This document shows positions 44,717 through 60,377 of a DNA stretch of 64,000 nucleotides, piece after piece. This DNA comes from the human T2T-CHM13v2.0 reference genome, Homo sapiens, in assembly GCF_009914755.1 (NCBI RefSeq), contig NC_060927.1; one strand, written 5' to 3'. The notes below the pieces were generated by a model that did not search any database, was not told the DNA's origin, and saw only the letters and a list, made by a program, of their open reading frames with translations. Made by a program: the position numbers and the translations under genes. Numbering within the stretch: the stretch's first letter is position 1; the number at the start of each line of letters is the position of its first letter.

Positions 44717-47700
44717 GGTCTGACAACTTCAGGCACCATATGTTTCTCCTTAAGTCCCCAATACTGTCTTCCTTTTCTGGTCAAATTTACAATTATCCTT
44801 GTCTGGGGTACACAAAGCCACTTAGAAGAAACCATACTTTTGCTATTATCTATCATATAAAATTCAATATCCATGCAATAGAAGTATATATGAATGCTAC
44901 CAAACTTCTAATTTTTTGAGTACCAGAAAAAAAGCTCCTATCATAAATAGGCAGCATGCTTTCTCCCCAACATTATGTCATACTATGTACCTGGGCCTCT
45001 AAATCTCCTTGTGTTCACTCACAATGTGAACACACAGTGGTTCAGCAGGGTTAATGAATATCCTTCAGAATCCTTGTGACCTAAGTAGGGAAAGGAACTA
45101 GATCATCCAACCACCTTGCTTCACCTTAGCTTATTGCCAACCAAAACATCTGTCCTTCCACCTAATACTACAAATGATCCTGTGCCTATGACTTAAGATG
45201 AATAGATTCTAAAATTTGTGCATTCCATATGGGTGAGAAGAAGCATGTTTCCTATTAGGAGCAGTTGGCCAAAACTGTACTGAATACAAGGTCATATCTA
45301 TTCAGTAGTAAAAGAAATTAATCCCCCTACCCCCCACCATAAAAAAAGACCTGGGTAATGTGAGATTTAAAATGCAATCCTCAAAGCAGTTTGGCTTTTC
45401 TGCCAGGTGATGATTTGTTATAGCACTGAATGATGAAACTTGCTTTTCACAGAGAATTTTAGGTCAGTTGGAAGGATCTGTTCTCTCTGCATTATGAAGG
45501 GATACATTCCAGAAGAAATTAGCTGGGGTTGGTGTACCAACTTTGTAAAATTGCTTCCTCTCAGCAATGAGGATATCCTTTGATATAGATTACATTTCCT
45601 TCTTATACTTTCTGCCAAGTCTTTTCTGGGCTAAGATATTGTACAATGTTTTTACCTTTTAGGAATGAATTACCAACCAGACAGAGATGGTTCCAGGAAA
45701 GTCAGTTGCCAAGAAAAAACCAGTGAAATTCTTGGGTGGATATTTGGCATCCAAGCTAAGAATATCCCATTTATAAAAAAGTTTTAGTGTCTTTTTCTTT
45801 CTTTCTTTCTTTTTTCTTTTCTTTTTTTTTTTTGGAAGACTCTCAACTGATAGAGAGCCAGCTAGTGAATGGATATGGATTAGAAAAAATAATCCCTCAA
45901 ACTGATATGTTTCCAACATTCTTCAAAATTGGGCCCATACAAAGAATGTCCTTTGGTTCATGATAGCTGTCACTGGATACAGAGCCTGGCACACTCTACT
46001 TCTATATGACCAGGTGTGCATAAGACATTGCTTTAAAAAGCCACTTCATCTTTGACCGTTAGCCTCGATTGTTTATTGTTGGTTTCCAGAAGCCCATTTC
46101 TTTATCACACATGTGATGTTGTCATTCTGTGTATCTTTCAAACATTTATTCTGATACCTAGGTTTGCTTTAATTATCTTACCTTAACTCGTTGGACACTG
46201 GAGGAAATCCTGAAGCTGAATATGCTATTAATGTGGCGCAAGATTTATTTCAGTTTTGGAATTCTTGTTTCTTTCTAGAAAATTGTGATAGACCTAACCT
46301 GGCAATTCTGTGTTATGTATGAGTTACATAAAATACAAATTTAACAGTAGAAAACAGAGTGTTCTAATCAGATAACTCTTTAAAATGTGTCCAGTTTTTG
46401 GTCTAGCTCATTTACACATTTTCTTCTTTGTGCTCATGCATTTTGATATAGGTATGTTTTATTTTACAATGTGGGCTATGTATAAGACAATCTCTTCTAG
46501 TGTAGGAAAAATTATTAGAAATGGTATTTCTATTTATTTTAATACTACTATCTCAGGGTTGGATAGATTTTGTGTATACTTTATAATGTTCCAAATCAGT
46601 GAATAAGGCAGTATATGTGTATATTTCACAGATAAAACTATGCATGCGTGAGGAGAATGTGTAGCCTTTTTTTTTGCTATGAATGTGCAATCAAATAAAG
46701 GTGGGAAACAAAACTGATGACATCTTTTAGAGCTCTTTCACACAAGAATATGTTGACAAATATTCAACACTCCCCTGATGTAAGCAGATATGTGATATCA
46801 GTTTCCTGGAACATGACTTGAATATTTCCTCTTAATAACTATACATTGGAAAAAGGTTCATATAATTTAACTAAAAAACACATTCCATATTCTCTTTTAT
46901 ATTTTTCATATTGGTCTATTCAGCAGCTTCCCTAAGTAGACATCTTAGGAACATTGGATAGTGTCTTTTCTAGTTGAAAGAACATCCCAAAAGATTGAAA
47001 AGTGGGTGAATAGAATCCAGAACAGGTGGTTATGTTAATTAAAACTGTATTATCTGCATTTTGATTGTATGTAGCGGTTTATGCACTGAGAAACTTGCAA
47101 ACAATGTGTACAAATCCCATTCCTGAGAGGTCTAATTATTTTTAAGGAAGTTTAATAATTCTGACTACACTGCCAGTCATAAGTCATACTCATTCAATCG
47201 GCCTCTGGTGATGATTTGTTTAAAATAACCAAAGGACCTTATCATGTTGCGTTATTCCAAAATGCATACAAAGGTTCAGTAAACCAAATCTTTACTTCTC
47301 CTTCAGCTGCCATATTCCCAAATCCTTTACAATTTTCTTTTTTTTTTTTTTTTTTGGAGTCAGATCCATGAATTCATTGTGACCCCAGGCATGGAATTAA
47401 ACTACCATTTCCACAACCAACAGCAAAATCCCACGGGGTCAATTATAGTTTTTGGTTTGTTTTGGTGATTGTATCTTATAAAGTGTAAAACACAGTATAT
47501 CAGTTGCCAATACTAAGTTATAATGATATTTTTCAGCATGTAAGCATCTACTAATTAGTAGAAAAATGCAAATTTGCCTTATCTCTAAAGAATAAATCAA
47601 AGGATGATTTTACTAAGAACTATAATTTTAGGATAACATCTTAAAATTCTCATGTTATGTGACAATTAAAAATGACTAAATATAATTTAGAAAAATTATG

Positions 47701-48999
47701 AAATTAATATAAAACTCTTTTGCAATTACATTTACCTAGAGTAATTCTCATGGATAGACTAATGTTTTTAAAATGCTTTCCAAGGATTACCTCACAAAGC
47801 ATTAAATCATGAAAATATATATTTTTAAATACTATTCATTACATGTAAAGACTGTTGTTACATTAGCATAAATAGTGATTAGAATATATATTCTCTTTCA
47901 GTGATCAATACACGTCATACATATAGGTGAGAATTTTTTATGACTCCAGAAATATCTTACCAAATTTCTAAAATAATAAACAATAGCTTATCATGTCCTA
48001 AAAAATAAGACATAAAAGGTTCTGCAGATGTATTTTTATAAGATGGAACCCATTAAATCAAGGTATGTAATAAGCAATATGATAAGTGACTTTGAAAAAG
48101 ATTTTGCAAGATATTCCATAAGTTAACTTTTCTTTTTATATCACATTCCCTTGTGCAGTAAACCCCATCCAAATTTCTGTCATCATATTCCTTGGCTCCA
48201 GCCCTTTTCCTTTAGATCTGTCACCAGAGACACTGCATTTGCTTCTGTTGTAGAGCAAGAACACCCTTGCTGGTCACTCTCACACCACATTTTTGTCCTT
48301 CGTGACCTACCAGTTCTTTATACTCAGAGAACACGGTATAGTGCAAATCCTGACGGTAGGTTCTACAATTATGCTAATAGATTATAAAGGATTTGCAACA
48401 ATGGAAATTACAATAAGGAGGTCCCCAAGGCTATTTTAATTTGTCAATTATCTCTCCAATAATGGGAACTTCTCATATAAATTTACATATTGTTTATTAA
48501 AAAATAGAAACAAAATTAAGGAGCAAGACCCTGCAATGTGTGATGGGAGAGAAGATCACAAAAGGGAGTAAATTTATTGAATACATACTGTATGCTAGAA
48601 ACAAGGCTAACATCATTACATACAGTATATCTTTAACTTTCACAAATGGTTTTATAACTAACATTTATTTTATGCATAAGAAAATGAGGATAAGTAGCTT
48701 GGTAAAAATTAGGAGATACTTTATCCAATGGTCTACTTGAACTCCTATATCCAATTCTTATAAACTAGCTTACATAAAGTCACTCATATCTCAGCCGTGA
48801 CCACTTTTGAATAATCAAGAAGAATATGACATACAAATTGAATTTTGAGAAATGTAAGAATTTACACTTCTTCTCATCAAACAAAGCAGAAGACTTTCTG
48901 CCTTTGCTGCTAATATATTGTTTTTGTGATGTGCAAGTTTTCTGCAGAGTGACAGTAATAACACAAGTCTGAAATTAAAGCCCCAACTTTTAATTAATG

Positions 49000-50320
49000 T
49001 ATATCTACTATACAGAAACCTATTGGATCCATAATATGCTCAGCACCATGTTCTATATTTTCGGGAAAAGAAAAATAAAGCTCCAAATACTTTTTTTTCA
49101 AGGAACTCCCAATTTATTGCACTAATAGTTCAGATTCAGCATGTTAAGTGCCAAGACGATGTATGGAAAAAAAGATGATTGGTTCACAAATAAAGTAGTA
49201 CATTATGTTATAGATAGTAGGAGAGTGATTTGTTTTGTTTTATGTAATAGGCACATTTTGACATTGTCTTAAAGAATCAATAAGAGTTACTGGACAAAAG
49301 GGATAGAGGAAGGTATTACAGACAGATGTGTTCAAATTTGAGAGACAGCATAAAGTGACTAAAACTATTCTTATCTGTGTATGGAAGATAAGTATAAAAA
49401 TGGACAAGGAAACATTTCCCAGAGCTCATATCCCATGGTGAGGAGTTTGGATGCTAGGAGAAGAGATAAAATGATTACAGCTGTAACCAAGAAAGACTGT
49501 TGAGGCAGCAGAGATAAAATATCATAAGGAGAATTAAACTTCAGGAGAAGTCAGTTTGATTGTTGCAATAATCAAGCCTAGGTACCCTTAGGACTTAAAT
49601 TAGGACAATTTCAACGAGGAGTGAGAAACAAAACTCAAAAATTATCAAGATATACTTAGGATGTGTAATTGAGAGAACGTGGCGATCATTTACATGTGGC
49701 ATGAGAAAGAGGTGGTTGTTGTGGGAACTCCCAAGATTGCAGGTAATATAGAAGACAGGATGATGAGTTCCATTTGAGGTAGGTGATTTGCTATTCCATG
49801 AAACATAAAAAGATATACCAAGTAACCAGCCACAAATGGGTCCAAAGTTTGGTATAGACTGGAAACAGAAAATACAGAATGCACAATGATAGCTGAATCT
49901 TGGGCATAAAATAAATCAGCAAGAAGTAGTATTCAGAGGGAAAATGGAAAGAAAAGATGGCCAAGAATTGGATATATGGAAACATAGCATTTAAAGTTTA
50001 TTAGGGGAAAAATAATGGATGGTAGGAAGGGAAAAACACAGTCTTAGTGAGAATGAAGTAGGGGATTAAAAAAGTTTCAGGAAAAAGGCAGTGGTTAATT
50101 GTATCATGTGGTAGAGTGATTCATTCCGATGAGGATAATGGCTAATTGGCCTGGTGGTTCAGCATTTAGATCATTAGCGATCTTAGTGGGAACAATTGCA
50201 GTGAAGTAGTAAAAATGAAGTCAAATTCCCTGGGTCTCATGAATTGAAAGTGAAGTAGTAATACAAAAATATAAACTAGTTTTTCAAGAACTTAAGTGTG
50301 AGAAGTGATGGAGATAATTA
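49000..50320 (-). mobile_element. L2 fragments
   Basis: gaactcccaatttatt...tgttaagtgccaag...gatgagttccattt...ttagcgatcttagtgggaacaattgcagtgaagtag. Confidence 0.55.
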
Positions 50321-50344
50321 AACCTACATTTGTTGCAGGTTTAG

Positions 50345-50665
<321 letters not shown>

Positions 50666-50950
50666 AAATATTTTTCTTTAATTTATTTGTTTCCTTGTGA
50701 TCTGAGAGAATTCTTTAAAATTCTGCATAGAATCTATATTTAGATTGCAGAAAACAGCTTTAAAAAATAAATATTAACACCTAGGTGATGTGGTGTTCAG
50801 TTGTTCCTGAAAACTAATAATATGATGAAAGTTAGATAGATAATTAAATTCTCATCCAACTTTTTCAGTAGCATAACTTTCAGTAATTTAATATCACATT
50901 TTTTTCCCTTATACTCAGGCTGCTACATTTAATAGAAGTTCCCCACTTAC

Positions 50951-51350
50951 CTCACCATCTCCCCACTGGCCATATCTTGGGCTGGACTCCTTCTTGACTC
51001 CACCTTCTTGACCACGAGGAAAATAAAATTATTCAGTCATTTCATCGGCCTTCTTGGGAATCAATATAATCTTTATGGGGACCCTGAGGCAGATGTTGTG
51101 GAAACAGAGTGTATCCAAGATTGCTCTCGGTGTTCTGTTGGGGGCTATGTATTAGTGAACATTGCTCATCTTGCTCACTGACCAGGAAGCCACTGGTCTC
51201 CAATAACTCCTGTAGGAATTCAGAGGCTGCTTAAGGCTAAAGATGACCAGGTAGGAGGCTCTAACTGCCTTAGAACCCAGGAGTAAAAGGGTCAATATAC
51301 TGAAGTACACCTGTACCCCACATGCAGAACACTTGTTGCACAGCTCTGAC
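50951..51350 (-). ncRNA. Candidate 400-nt non-coding exon (lncRNA or UTR type)
   Basis: Acceptor tattttctatttattttag|GTC with ~49-nt AG-free zone; donor GAG|GTAAGT; higher GC than flanks; stop codons in all three frames. Confidence 0.4.
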
Positions 51351-54229
51351 CTAAAATAAATAGAAAATACCATAAAATAATCAAAGTATATCAATGAAAA
51401 CTCCGGAAATATGTCAAAAACTTCAAAGTTTGCTATGGACCAGAACAAAATGCAGCTAAAGATTTTTCCATGACTTATTATAATGAATCAGCAATCATTT
51501 GCAGAGAGCTCTACAATTTTCTAAATATATTTTATCTCATTTGATATTAAAAACATTAAGTAGGAAAGGAGATAGTATATGCATTTTAAAATTGAGGAAG
51601 TAGAGAAGTGAGAGATCTAGAAATAAAATGGCTTGCACAAATGTTAAAATATGGTCTGTAGGTAGCAGATGCATTTCTAGAATGGAATTAACCTCAGTTA
51701 TTTAAGATAACTATAGAAAAATTTGCCACAAGCGATATCTGCACCTAATTCTATATTCTTAACATTTAATAAGAGGTATTCAAATTGTGGAAACTACATT
51801 TAATTCTTTTTCCACAGTCTTCCCTCCAATCCTTTAAAAATTATGACTGTGATACATAATCGCTGTCTGAAAACACAGGACAAGAAGTATTGAATTCTTC
51901 AAGTTACATATTCTAGGTACTGATGACCAAGGTTGCAGGGATGTACTCCTTTCTTGTGTCAGTTTAGACTTGGCATGAAGGAGCATACAAGGACTGCCGC
52001 TGAAAAGCCTGCCAGCCTGCTTCATGCTATTCTTAAAAGGAAGAGCAAAAAAGGCTCGAGGCCTTTCCAAAGCTTATGTGGAGACTAGCCAGACTTCTGG
52101 GATTCAGAATGGCTTGATGACTTCCTCATCTGTCACTTGAGCTGCCCTGACATTCAAAAACTTTGTAGAAGTCCTTCTAGGTATAAAGTTAACGTCATTA
52201 AGTGACTCTAAATATAGTTTGAAAAAATTAAGTCCTACCTCATATTATCAGCCCCAAAAGATTTTATCATGGCTGGGGCCATTTTTAAAATAAGTTTATG
52301 AAGGCTATTCAACTGTATCTATTAGAACAGAGATCTTCACCATATGACTAACTGTAGATTGCTTCTTCACCAGCAGCCATGAATACCTTGCAATCATATT
52401 AAATGCATGAATCTTAGGATATATACATATAGGTACTTTAGGTTGAAACGATCACTGGAGATATTTAAAAATATTTTTATCAAGGTCAAAGCTACTCCCA
52501 AAGTATAGCTAACTGAAATGAATATCCAAGATCCCATTGTAGGGACGGGGGGAGCTGTGTTACTGATGATTTGGCAGCATCTTAAGAAGACTACTAATGG
52601 TGGCATCACTACCAATGAATTTATTTAAGTGCCAGTATGTATCTAAATTACCCAGAAATAACTCCTAGCCTCCTCTGAAAGCAAAAGGGGTAGACACGCC
52701 CTCCATACCTTTCCACAAATTTCCATCTATCTCTCCATGAGGCAAATTTCAATTATTTTGTCAAATCATTTCTTTTCCAGAATGCATTAAATTTTTGTTT
52801 TAATTTGATATCATTATTTAAAAGAAAAGAAAACGGGGCATTGGGCCTGGGGGGAAGTAAAGCTAAGAAATTATTTCTGTGGGATTGCTAGGATGCAAAC
52901 TCCCCACTGAGATATTGCAAATGAAGGGATTTTTTAAATTACACTATTTGCATTCCAGAGCCTAGAAATGGGGGTTGAGGAGCCAAGAGTTCTGGAAGTT
53001 GCAATGTAATTGGAATAGCTAAACCAAATCTGGAATTTCACAATAACTGCCTAGCATATTCCATGCCCAGGATATGGCATCTGAATATAAAATCTAGAGG
53101 AGAAAACCCATGATATGACAATACTTTCCCTCATTCCAAATCATATGTCTCTTAAAATAGTCTTTTATAGCTAGATGCAATTACTGAAATGTATTTATGA
53201 TTCAACTGTGATTGAAGCTATTTCCCCGATTGGATAATAATGCAATTAAATATGTCAGTGAAGCTAAGGTTATAGATGAATCGAGAAAAATCTCTGGTAA
53301 CATGGATTAGGCTACAGCAACATGTCCAACCCTCTCTCTCTTTCCAATAACAACTGACATAAATCAAGTATTACCATTGACTTATATTGTTACCCTACTC
53401 CACAAACCCTGTACAATAGGGTTTTATACAGGAGTTTGATAACTGTTTGCTTGACAAAATTAAATTGAGTGATTCTCAAACTCTATCTGGGGTCTTTTGA
53501 TTCTGGCCACACGGGTTCATTTTCTTTTGCAAAATATGCCACACTCTCAGGTAACCAATTGCCTCACCTAACAGAAGTACTAATTTTACAGTATATTGGT
53601 CTAATCCAATGCCATTTTCTTCAATAAAAAATCAACTCTAAATTCTAAGGAACAGAGAAGTCATTTTTATAAGGCAGTTTGCCCTTGGAGTAAACAAAAA
53701 TGTGTTTTTCAATCGTTCCCTTGAATTCCTAATTTATATAACTTGTAATTTTAAAACCATTCTACTTTTAAAACATGTATTTCAATTAGTTTAGATTTGC
53801 AAAATGTTTATGTTAAGTATATACAGCAATGTCTTTTATATTACAAAAACCATATAATTACATTTTTCAGACATGAAAAATGAATTAGTGCTGCATTATA
53901 TGTGGTGACAAATTTTCTTGTTTGTTCTAATTTCACTGAATAGCTACAGTAAGCTTCTTTGGCACAGTTTAGAATAGCTCATTTGGCTCTCAATGCAAAA
54001 CTTTGGTTAATATGAAGAGACCAGTACTGTACTAAAGAAACAAATCACATTTTTAAGATTCTAGAAGACAAATACCAGTATCAAAGATTTTCCAGTGGAA
54101 TATCAAATATGATTCAAAATTGCTAATGATAGGCAAAGTATTTGCCAAACTAGTAAAAAATTATTTAACTTATATAATGAAGGCTAAAATGTTCAGAGCT
54201 AAAGCAAAAGTTTGAAGTTACTATAAGAT

Positions 54230-54806
54230 CAAAAGTAGTTAGCTATGTCATAAAACTGTCAAAAATAGTAATGGGAACTTTGGATGAATAAGAATATAAT
54301 ACACTGTCACCAAGAGGTGATCATGCTATCTCTACTTTGTTCTCCTTGTCCTATCCCTGCAGTTGGGGACTGTATTTTAAAATTATATTGATAAACTGGA
54401 GAGCACATACAGGACAAGTGACCAAGAATTTGAAGGAAATAAAACATGACAAATTAATTGAAAGAACTGGGAGTGTTAAGTTAGAAGACAACATTTATGA
54501 TGACCACAACCATAGTTTTTGAACACTTAAGGCTCTGTGGTGAAAAATGGATGAGTGACTCCCATAAAAGAGAATAATTTTTGGCAAATGAGCCATAGAG
54601 ATATTGTATAAAGAAGAATGTTCTAGAAATTAAACTTGTTCCTCAAGCAAAAAGGCCCATTCTACAAATAGTGAATACCCAGTTCTTGGAGGGGATTAAG
54701 TAGAGTTTGGAATCGGAGAATTGTTTTTAGAAAAAATGATTCAGATGCTGGCTTAAACTAGATGAACTTAAATGTCCCTCCTTACACTGAAGTTCTCTGA
54801 CTATGT
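54230..54806 (+). mobile_element. L3/CR1 LINE 3' fragment
   Basis: tattgataaactggagagc...gtgaccaaga...aagaactgggagtgttaagttagaag resembles the CR1 DIDKLE/KELG region; end actagatgaacttaaatgtccct...ttctctgactatg. Confidence 0.65.
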
Positions 54807-55084
54807 AAAACTTTGTATAAATATGTCTTTACCATCTGGAATGGCTGCCACCCTCATGTTTAATTAGTACAACCAATCAAAATCTGAGGTCTCTTTTCAG
54901 ATGGAAATGTTTTTAGTTAATTGAATTTCTTATTTTAACAGAACAGATTCCTGTAGTCCTCATGATTGCAAAGAACCTTCTGTGATATTTCTTCTGTTAA
55001 AAGAGCAAAGTAATTTCAAAATGCTTTATTTAATTATCACACTAATCATCTACCTTAAGAAGTGTATCCTTAAAATTTGTTGTC

Positions 55085-55660
55085 ATCAGTATTTACCGAG
55101 AGCCTATTATATGTAAGGCAGATATAATAAAGGTTCTTTGAATTAAAAACAGTGTCATAAGAGTGCAAGGACTTAAAACAAGAAGAAAGGAAGAGAAATT
55201 TTAAAGCTTATCTAATTGGAGGATCAGAAAAAGTTTCATGGGGGATGAGAGGAGATGGTATTTAAAATAGGTGTGAGCGATGGGAATTATTTGAATTGGC
55301 AGAGACAGAAGACTTTCTCTGAGTACAGGGAGCAGCTGGAGAAAATGGAAAGGAGGAAAAATATAAGGCTTATAGTAAATGAAGACTTCAATGAACTGAG
55401 AAATAATTCTGGAAATATGATTGGGGGATCTATGACATGGCTTTGTTAAGGCTTAGACATTTTGTATTTAATTCCATAGGTGACAAGGGATAATTAAGGG
55501 CTTTGAGTAGGTGAGCCATGGAATTACCTATTAGGAAGGCTAGTCTTATGAATTATATGGCATGGATTAAAGAGGGAAAGCATGGCTTCAGTAGAGCAGT
55601 TATGAGGTTATTAAAATTGTTTGAAACAAAGTTGGTACTAGTCGAAAAGGAGAAATGCGA
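55085..55660 (-). mobile_element. L2 3' fragment
   Basis: gtatttaccgagagcctattatatgtaaggca...gggctttgagtaggtgag. Confidence 0.55.
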
Positions 55661-56799
55661 TCTTTGTTCCTATGTCATGTTTGGAAATCCTTGAATGCTT
55701 TTGGTTAGAATCCAGCTAGAAGAGCTCTTGTAACCATTTTTGGCCAGCAAATGTACAGACATAGACTTTAACTTGGTGAAGGACGTGCAAGTACTCTGGA
55801 TGATAAATGAGACTTGCTAGGAAACACTACTTAAAAACATGAAACAATTGCTTCTCTTTTTGATGCTTGAAGTACTTGAGTAAATAGCCTCAAGTCTATA
55901 TGGATCTTGAGAAATATTTATTAAATATTTGAGAGGCTTTGCTGCTGTGAAAAATGATTATGACTACCACAGCATGCAGTAGTTGTGGCCTTATAAATAG
56001 AAGTTTAATATACTTAATATCCAGTGCTGAAAGTGTTTTCATTTTGTCCCTAATGCACTGAAAGTGTTTTAAACTATTGAATTTGATGGGTCCTGTCACT
56101 GTACTTCTGCCATGACCCCACAGGGCCATCATTCTATTCATTTTCATTCAATGCATTCTTACTCGTAATAATGAACTAAAAGGCAAGCAGAGCTAGCTAT
56201 GCAAGGTTTGGATAAATGAGAAAGAACTATGTAGTCTTAAAACTGAGAGTTCAATGGACTGTTCATAGAACTTTAAAACCACATGTTAGGGCTTAATCAC
56301 ATAGATCAAGGACATGAAACTATTCATGTGGCATGCTTCTTATTCCAGTGTAGTCCGTGGAAACTTTCTTTTCCAAGCCATGAAAAATCTGTTTTCAGAC
56401 ATATCATCAAGTTAATAAAATGAAATTGCATGCATGCCTTACTTTCCCTCCATCATCATCCACATTATTAGAAAGTTGGTGTCATCATCAGGTAGGATTT
56501 ATTAAAAACTTGCATGCACTAAGTGCTTTCCTTTTCAATTCAAGTGGCAATTCTCTTACACATTTTATATGCATATTTTGGTAGTATGTCCATTATTGAG
56601 CTTTTATGATAGGTTTATTTGCTTCTTATCACTGGTTGTCCTCTGCAGCAGGGTACATTTTCCATTGCAGATACCTGCTTGCACCCTATTAACTTTTGTA
56701 GATTTTTGAAATAATTTTAATAAGAGTTACGGTTAATGATATTAGGGAATAGACTGATACATTTCTATTACTTGCTAGCTGGAGTGAGACTCATGGAGC

Positions 56800-56945
56800 A
56801 CACTTTGAGTAGCTCTGGCATTACCTGGAAACTTGTTAAAAATGTAGTATCTCAGGCCCTATCCCAGAGCTACTGAATTGGAAGCTGCATGGTACCTGGA
56901 TCTATGTTATTGACATACTCTGTAAGATTTGAGAAGCACCACTCT
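56800..56945. mobile_element. MER5-family (hAT-Charlie) element
   Basis: gcattacctggaaacttgttaaaaatgtag...tctcaggccctatcccagagctactgaat...tttgagaagcac. Confidence 0.75.
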
Positions 56946-57274
56946 ATTTACTTTTAAATGTACACTAGTTTGAAATCAAATTATAATAGCCCAGTATTGT
57001 AACAAAAGGTCAGTTAAGGGCTCTTCATGTCTCTGTGAATATAAACCAAATCCATATAAATGTGAACAGTAGCATTTTTATTCATGAGATCACTGGACTG
57101 CTCAGGTGAAAGTTATTATACACATTAATTATTCCTTAAGTGATAGTTCTTTGGTGTATATCTAGCACTTTCTCTTCTTAGTATCCACTGATGACTTCAC
57201 CTTTGCAAGGTAATTTTTTAAACAGTGTCATCTGTTAAAGAAATGCAGTACTAATTCATCACAAATGAGAGTGG

Positions 57275-57770
57275 ACAGTGTGGGGCAGTAGAAAGAACAC
57301 AGGATGGATGGTGAGAAGAAGTGCTTTATGGTTTTATCTCTATTTTGCATTTTAAGTGTGCTTTTAGAATTTCAGAGTCTTAGGCTCTTTTCATTTAACA
57401 AGGGAATGGGTTGAATTTGCTTGTATCTAATGTTTTCAATTATAACATTTTAAGGGTAATAGTCACAATGAAAATTTTTATTCAGGTTTAATTATAAGTA
57501 CATATTGAAATAGTGATGTTAACAGGGTTTCACAGATATAAAAGATAGGGGCCTTAAAGATAAGACTTTTGAATTCAGGCACACCTAGTCAGAATTTCAA
57601 TCCCTGCAATTTGCAAAGCATTGTTTGGCCCTGAGCAACTTACTTTACTTTTGCATTTAATATCTCCACAGGACTGTTGTGAAAATTAAGTGAAATGATA
57701 TATGCAATATATCCCCTAGTGAAATGCCTTACACTAAGAAGTCATTAATAATTGGCTATTTTAATTACTT
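57275..57770 (+). mobile_element. Two MIR fragments
   Basis: cagtgtggggcagtagaaagaacacagg; ccctgagcaacttact...ggactgttgtgaaaattaagtgaaatgatatatg. Confidence 0.55.
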
Positions 57771-57899
57771 CTCATCTTCTGTAATGAAAATAACACAATA
57801 GTCATAAATGCTTTGGAGGACATTATACTTAGACAGGATAGACTTCATATAGACGCTGAAAAAAGGAAGTAAATATAGTGTATAGATCTCTGGTTTTAA

Positions 57900-58062
57900 G
57901 CAGTGCTCAGTATAATCATCTCTGAAGGTTTAAAAATACTCATGCTCAGGCCCTACTTGCAGAGTTACAGAATGAATCGGTGTGAGGGTAATCCTCAGCC
58001 ATCAAGTTTTTGAAAGTTTCCATGTAATTCTAATGTGCAAGTCAGGTTGAGAATCTCTGGTG
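57900..58062. mobile_element. MER5A-like element
   Basis: tttaaaaatactcatgctcaggcccta...catgtaattctaatgtgcaagtcaggttgagaatctctg. Confidence 0.7.
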
Positions 58063-58470
58063 CAGATAATCTCTCGAATTCATTGTTGGCAAATGTTATA
58101 AATGAACAGAATATATTGACAGATTTCTTAAACAGATGAAATTCAAACCCTGTCAACAACTTATATGTGAGTACACTTATTATGCACAAACATGCTCACC
58201 CATCAAATCTAAGAAATACTTGGTAAAATCCAAACAGCATATTTGCCGTGAAAAAATACATAAACATCAGCAGAAAATGTCATCTAAGGATAATCATTAA
58301 TTTGAAACTTACCATTTTCAGAATTTTTTTTTTGTTATGGGATCTTCCTGTAGTGTTACAGAACTTTCATTTTTAAACAAATATTTTATGAAATCTTCAA
58401 TTTTACACAAATTCAGGATACACATCAGGACAGTCATAAAAATTATTAATTAAATGATTATATTAGAATA

Positions 58471-58546
58471 TACTAACAGTGATGTGAGTATACTAACATC
58501 ATATACTAACTTTGATGTTAGTTACTAACTTTGATGTTAGTTACTA
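58471..58546. repeat. Short tandem array of a self-complementary ~19-bp unit
   Basis: tactaactttgatgttagt twice exactly, plus two diverged copies. Confidence 0.85.
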
Positions 58547-59449
58547 TTTAAATATAGAATCTGTTTTTCAAGATGTGATACCGTTTGTTTCTTGAGATTT
58601 TTTTCTTTGTCATTAACATGTTTTACAATAATCATAATGTCCATACTTAAATGTTCAAAGTTGGACAAGACAGAGTTGTTTGTTTACAGATAAACAGTAG
58701 CAGAAAATGTAGCACAATCTAATCAAAAACAAACTAGAATAAAGCAGTTTTGATACAGTAAATTGCTGCCACTGATGCTTTCTATTACACAATAACTGAA
58801 GCCCTCCTTTATTGAATAGTTCACATCTTGTTTCTAGAAATGTGATGATTAACAGGCATCCTAAAGATGGAGCATTTTTGCAGAAGCCTTAACATGTGGG
58901 GTTGTTTTTCAGTACACTTGCATTTTCCCCAGAAACTTTTGCTTTTTCATAAAATATTTTACTGTAGAATTTTCCCGATGGTAGGTATTAGACATTTTTC
59001 AAAAGCCTTGTCACTCTTAAAATACAGTTGAATTGATTAGTCTTAAATTGGTGTAGCAAACATTTCTCACAGATTCTTTGAATGGAATTATTATATTCTG
59101 TCTTTTTCTCTGCTATGTATGTGTGCACTAATGCACATGTATGTAAACTATGGGAAAAGTTATTTTACTATAAATCTGTAAATTTTATGAGGTGTAAAAC
59201 TAGTTTGTTCAGGTAATGAAACTAAAATTTATTATAAATTTAGCAGACATAAAAATTCTAAGCTAGTTACATTTAAAAAAGGATCTTCCTAGTTCAAGAA
59301 AATGTAAAAAGAAATCTGGGAGGTTATGTATACATATATGCATATGTAGAAGTATGTGTATATATATATCTACTTTTGAGTGCACATAGGCAACAAATTT
59401 TGAGATCTCTTTGATATGTGAATTTTTGTTGTTGTTGTTGTTAAAATGA

Positions 59450-59760
<311 letters not shown>

Positions 59761-60019
59761 TAAAATGATTTTAAATGTAGTATTGGTGCTTATAACTGAT
59801 TGTTTATAGATTTAGATTATAATTGTCTTCTATTATACTTGTTTAAACTTTGTGAAGTGATATTTTATAGAAATATATAGCATTTATATATAACACAGAA
59901 AAATATTATGCAAAACAATATAGAATTATATAGTATTCTATACTATACATTATATATACTAAAAATATATAGTATTCTTAATTATCAAATTTCCTTAAGG
60001 TCTATTCAAGAATGCATCT

Positions 60020-60377
<358 letters not shown>

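Noticed and set aside
46173-46322. Protein-like plus-strand frame (SLDTGGNPEAEYAINVAQDLFQFW...)
   Set aside because: No in-frame ATG or good acceptor, ends in a stop codon, and no recognisable homology.
52835-52854. G-quadruplex
   Set aside because: Only G4, G3 and G6 runs; four G3 tracts with loops cannot be formed.
54337-54522. 61-aa ORF as a gene
   Set aside because: Lies within a frameshifted L3/CR1 relic.
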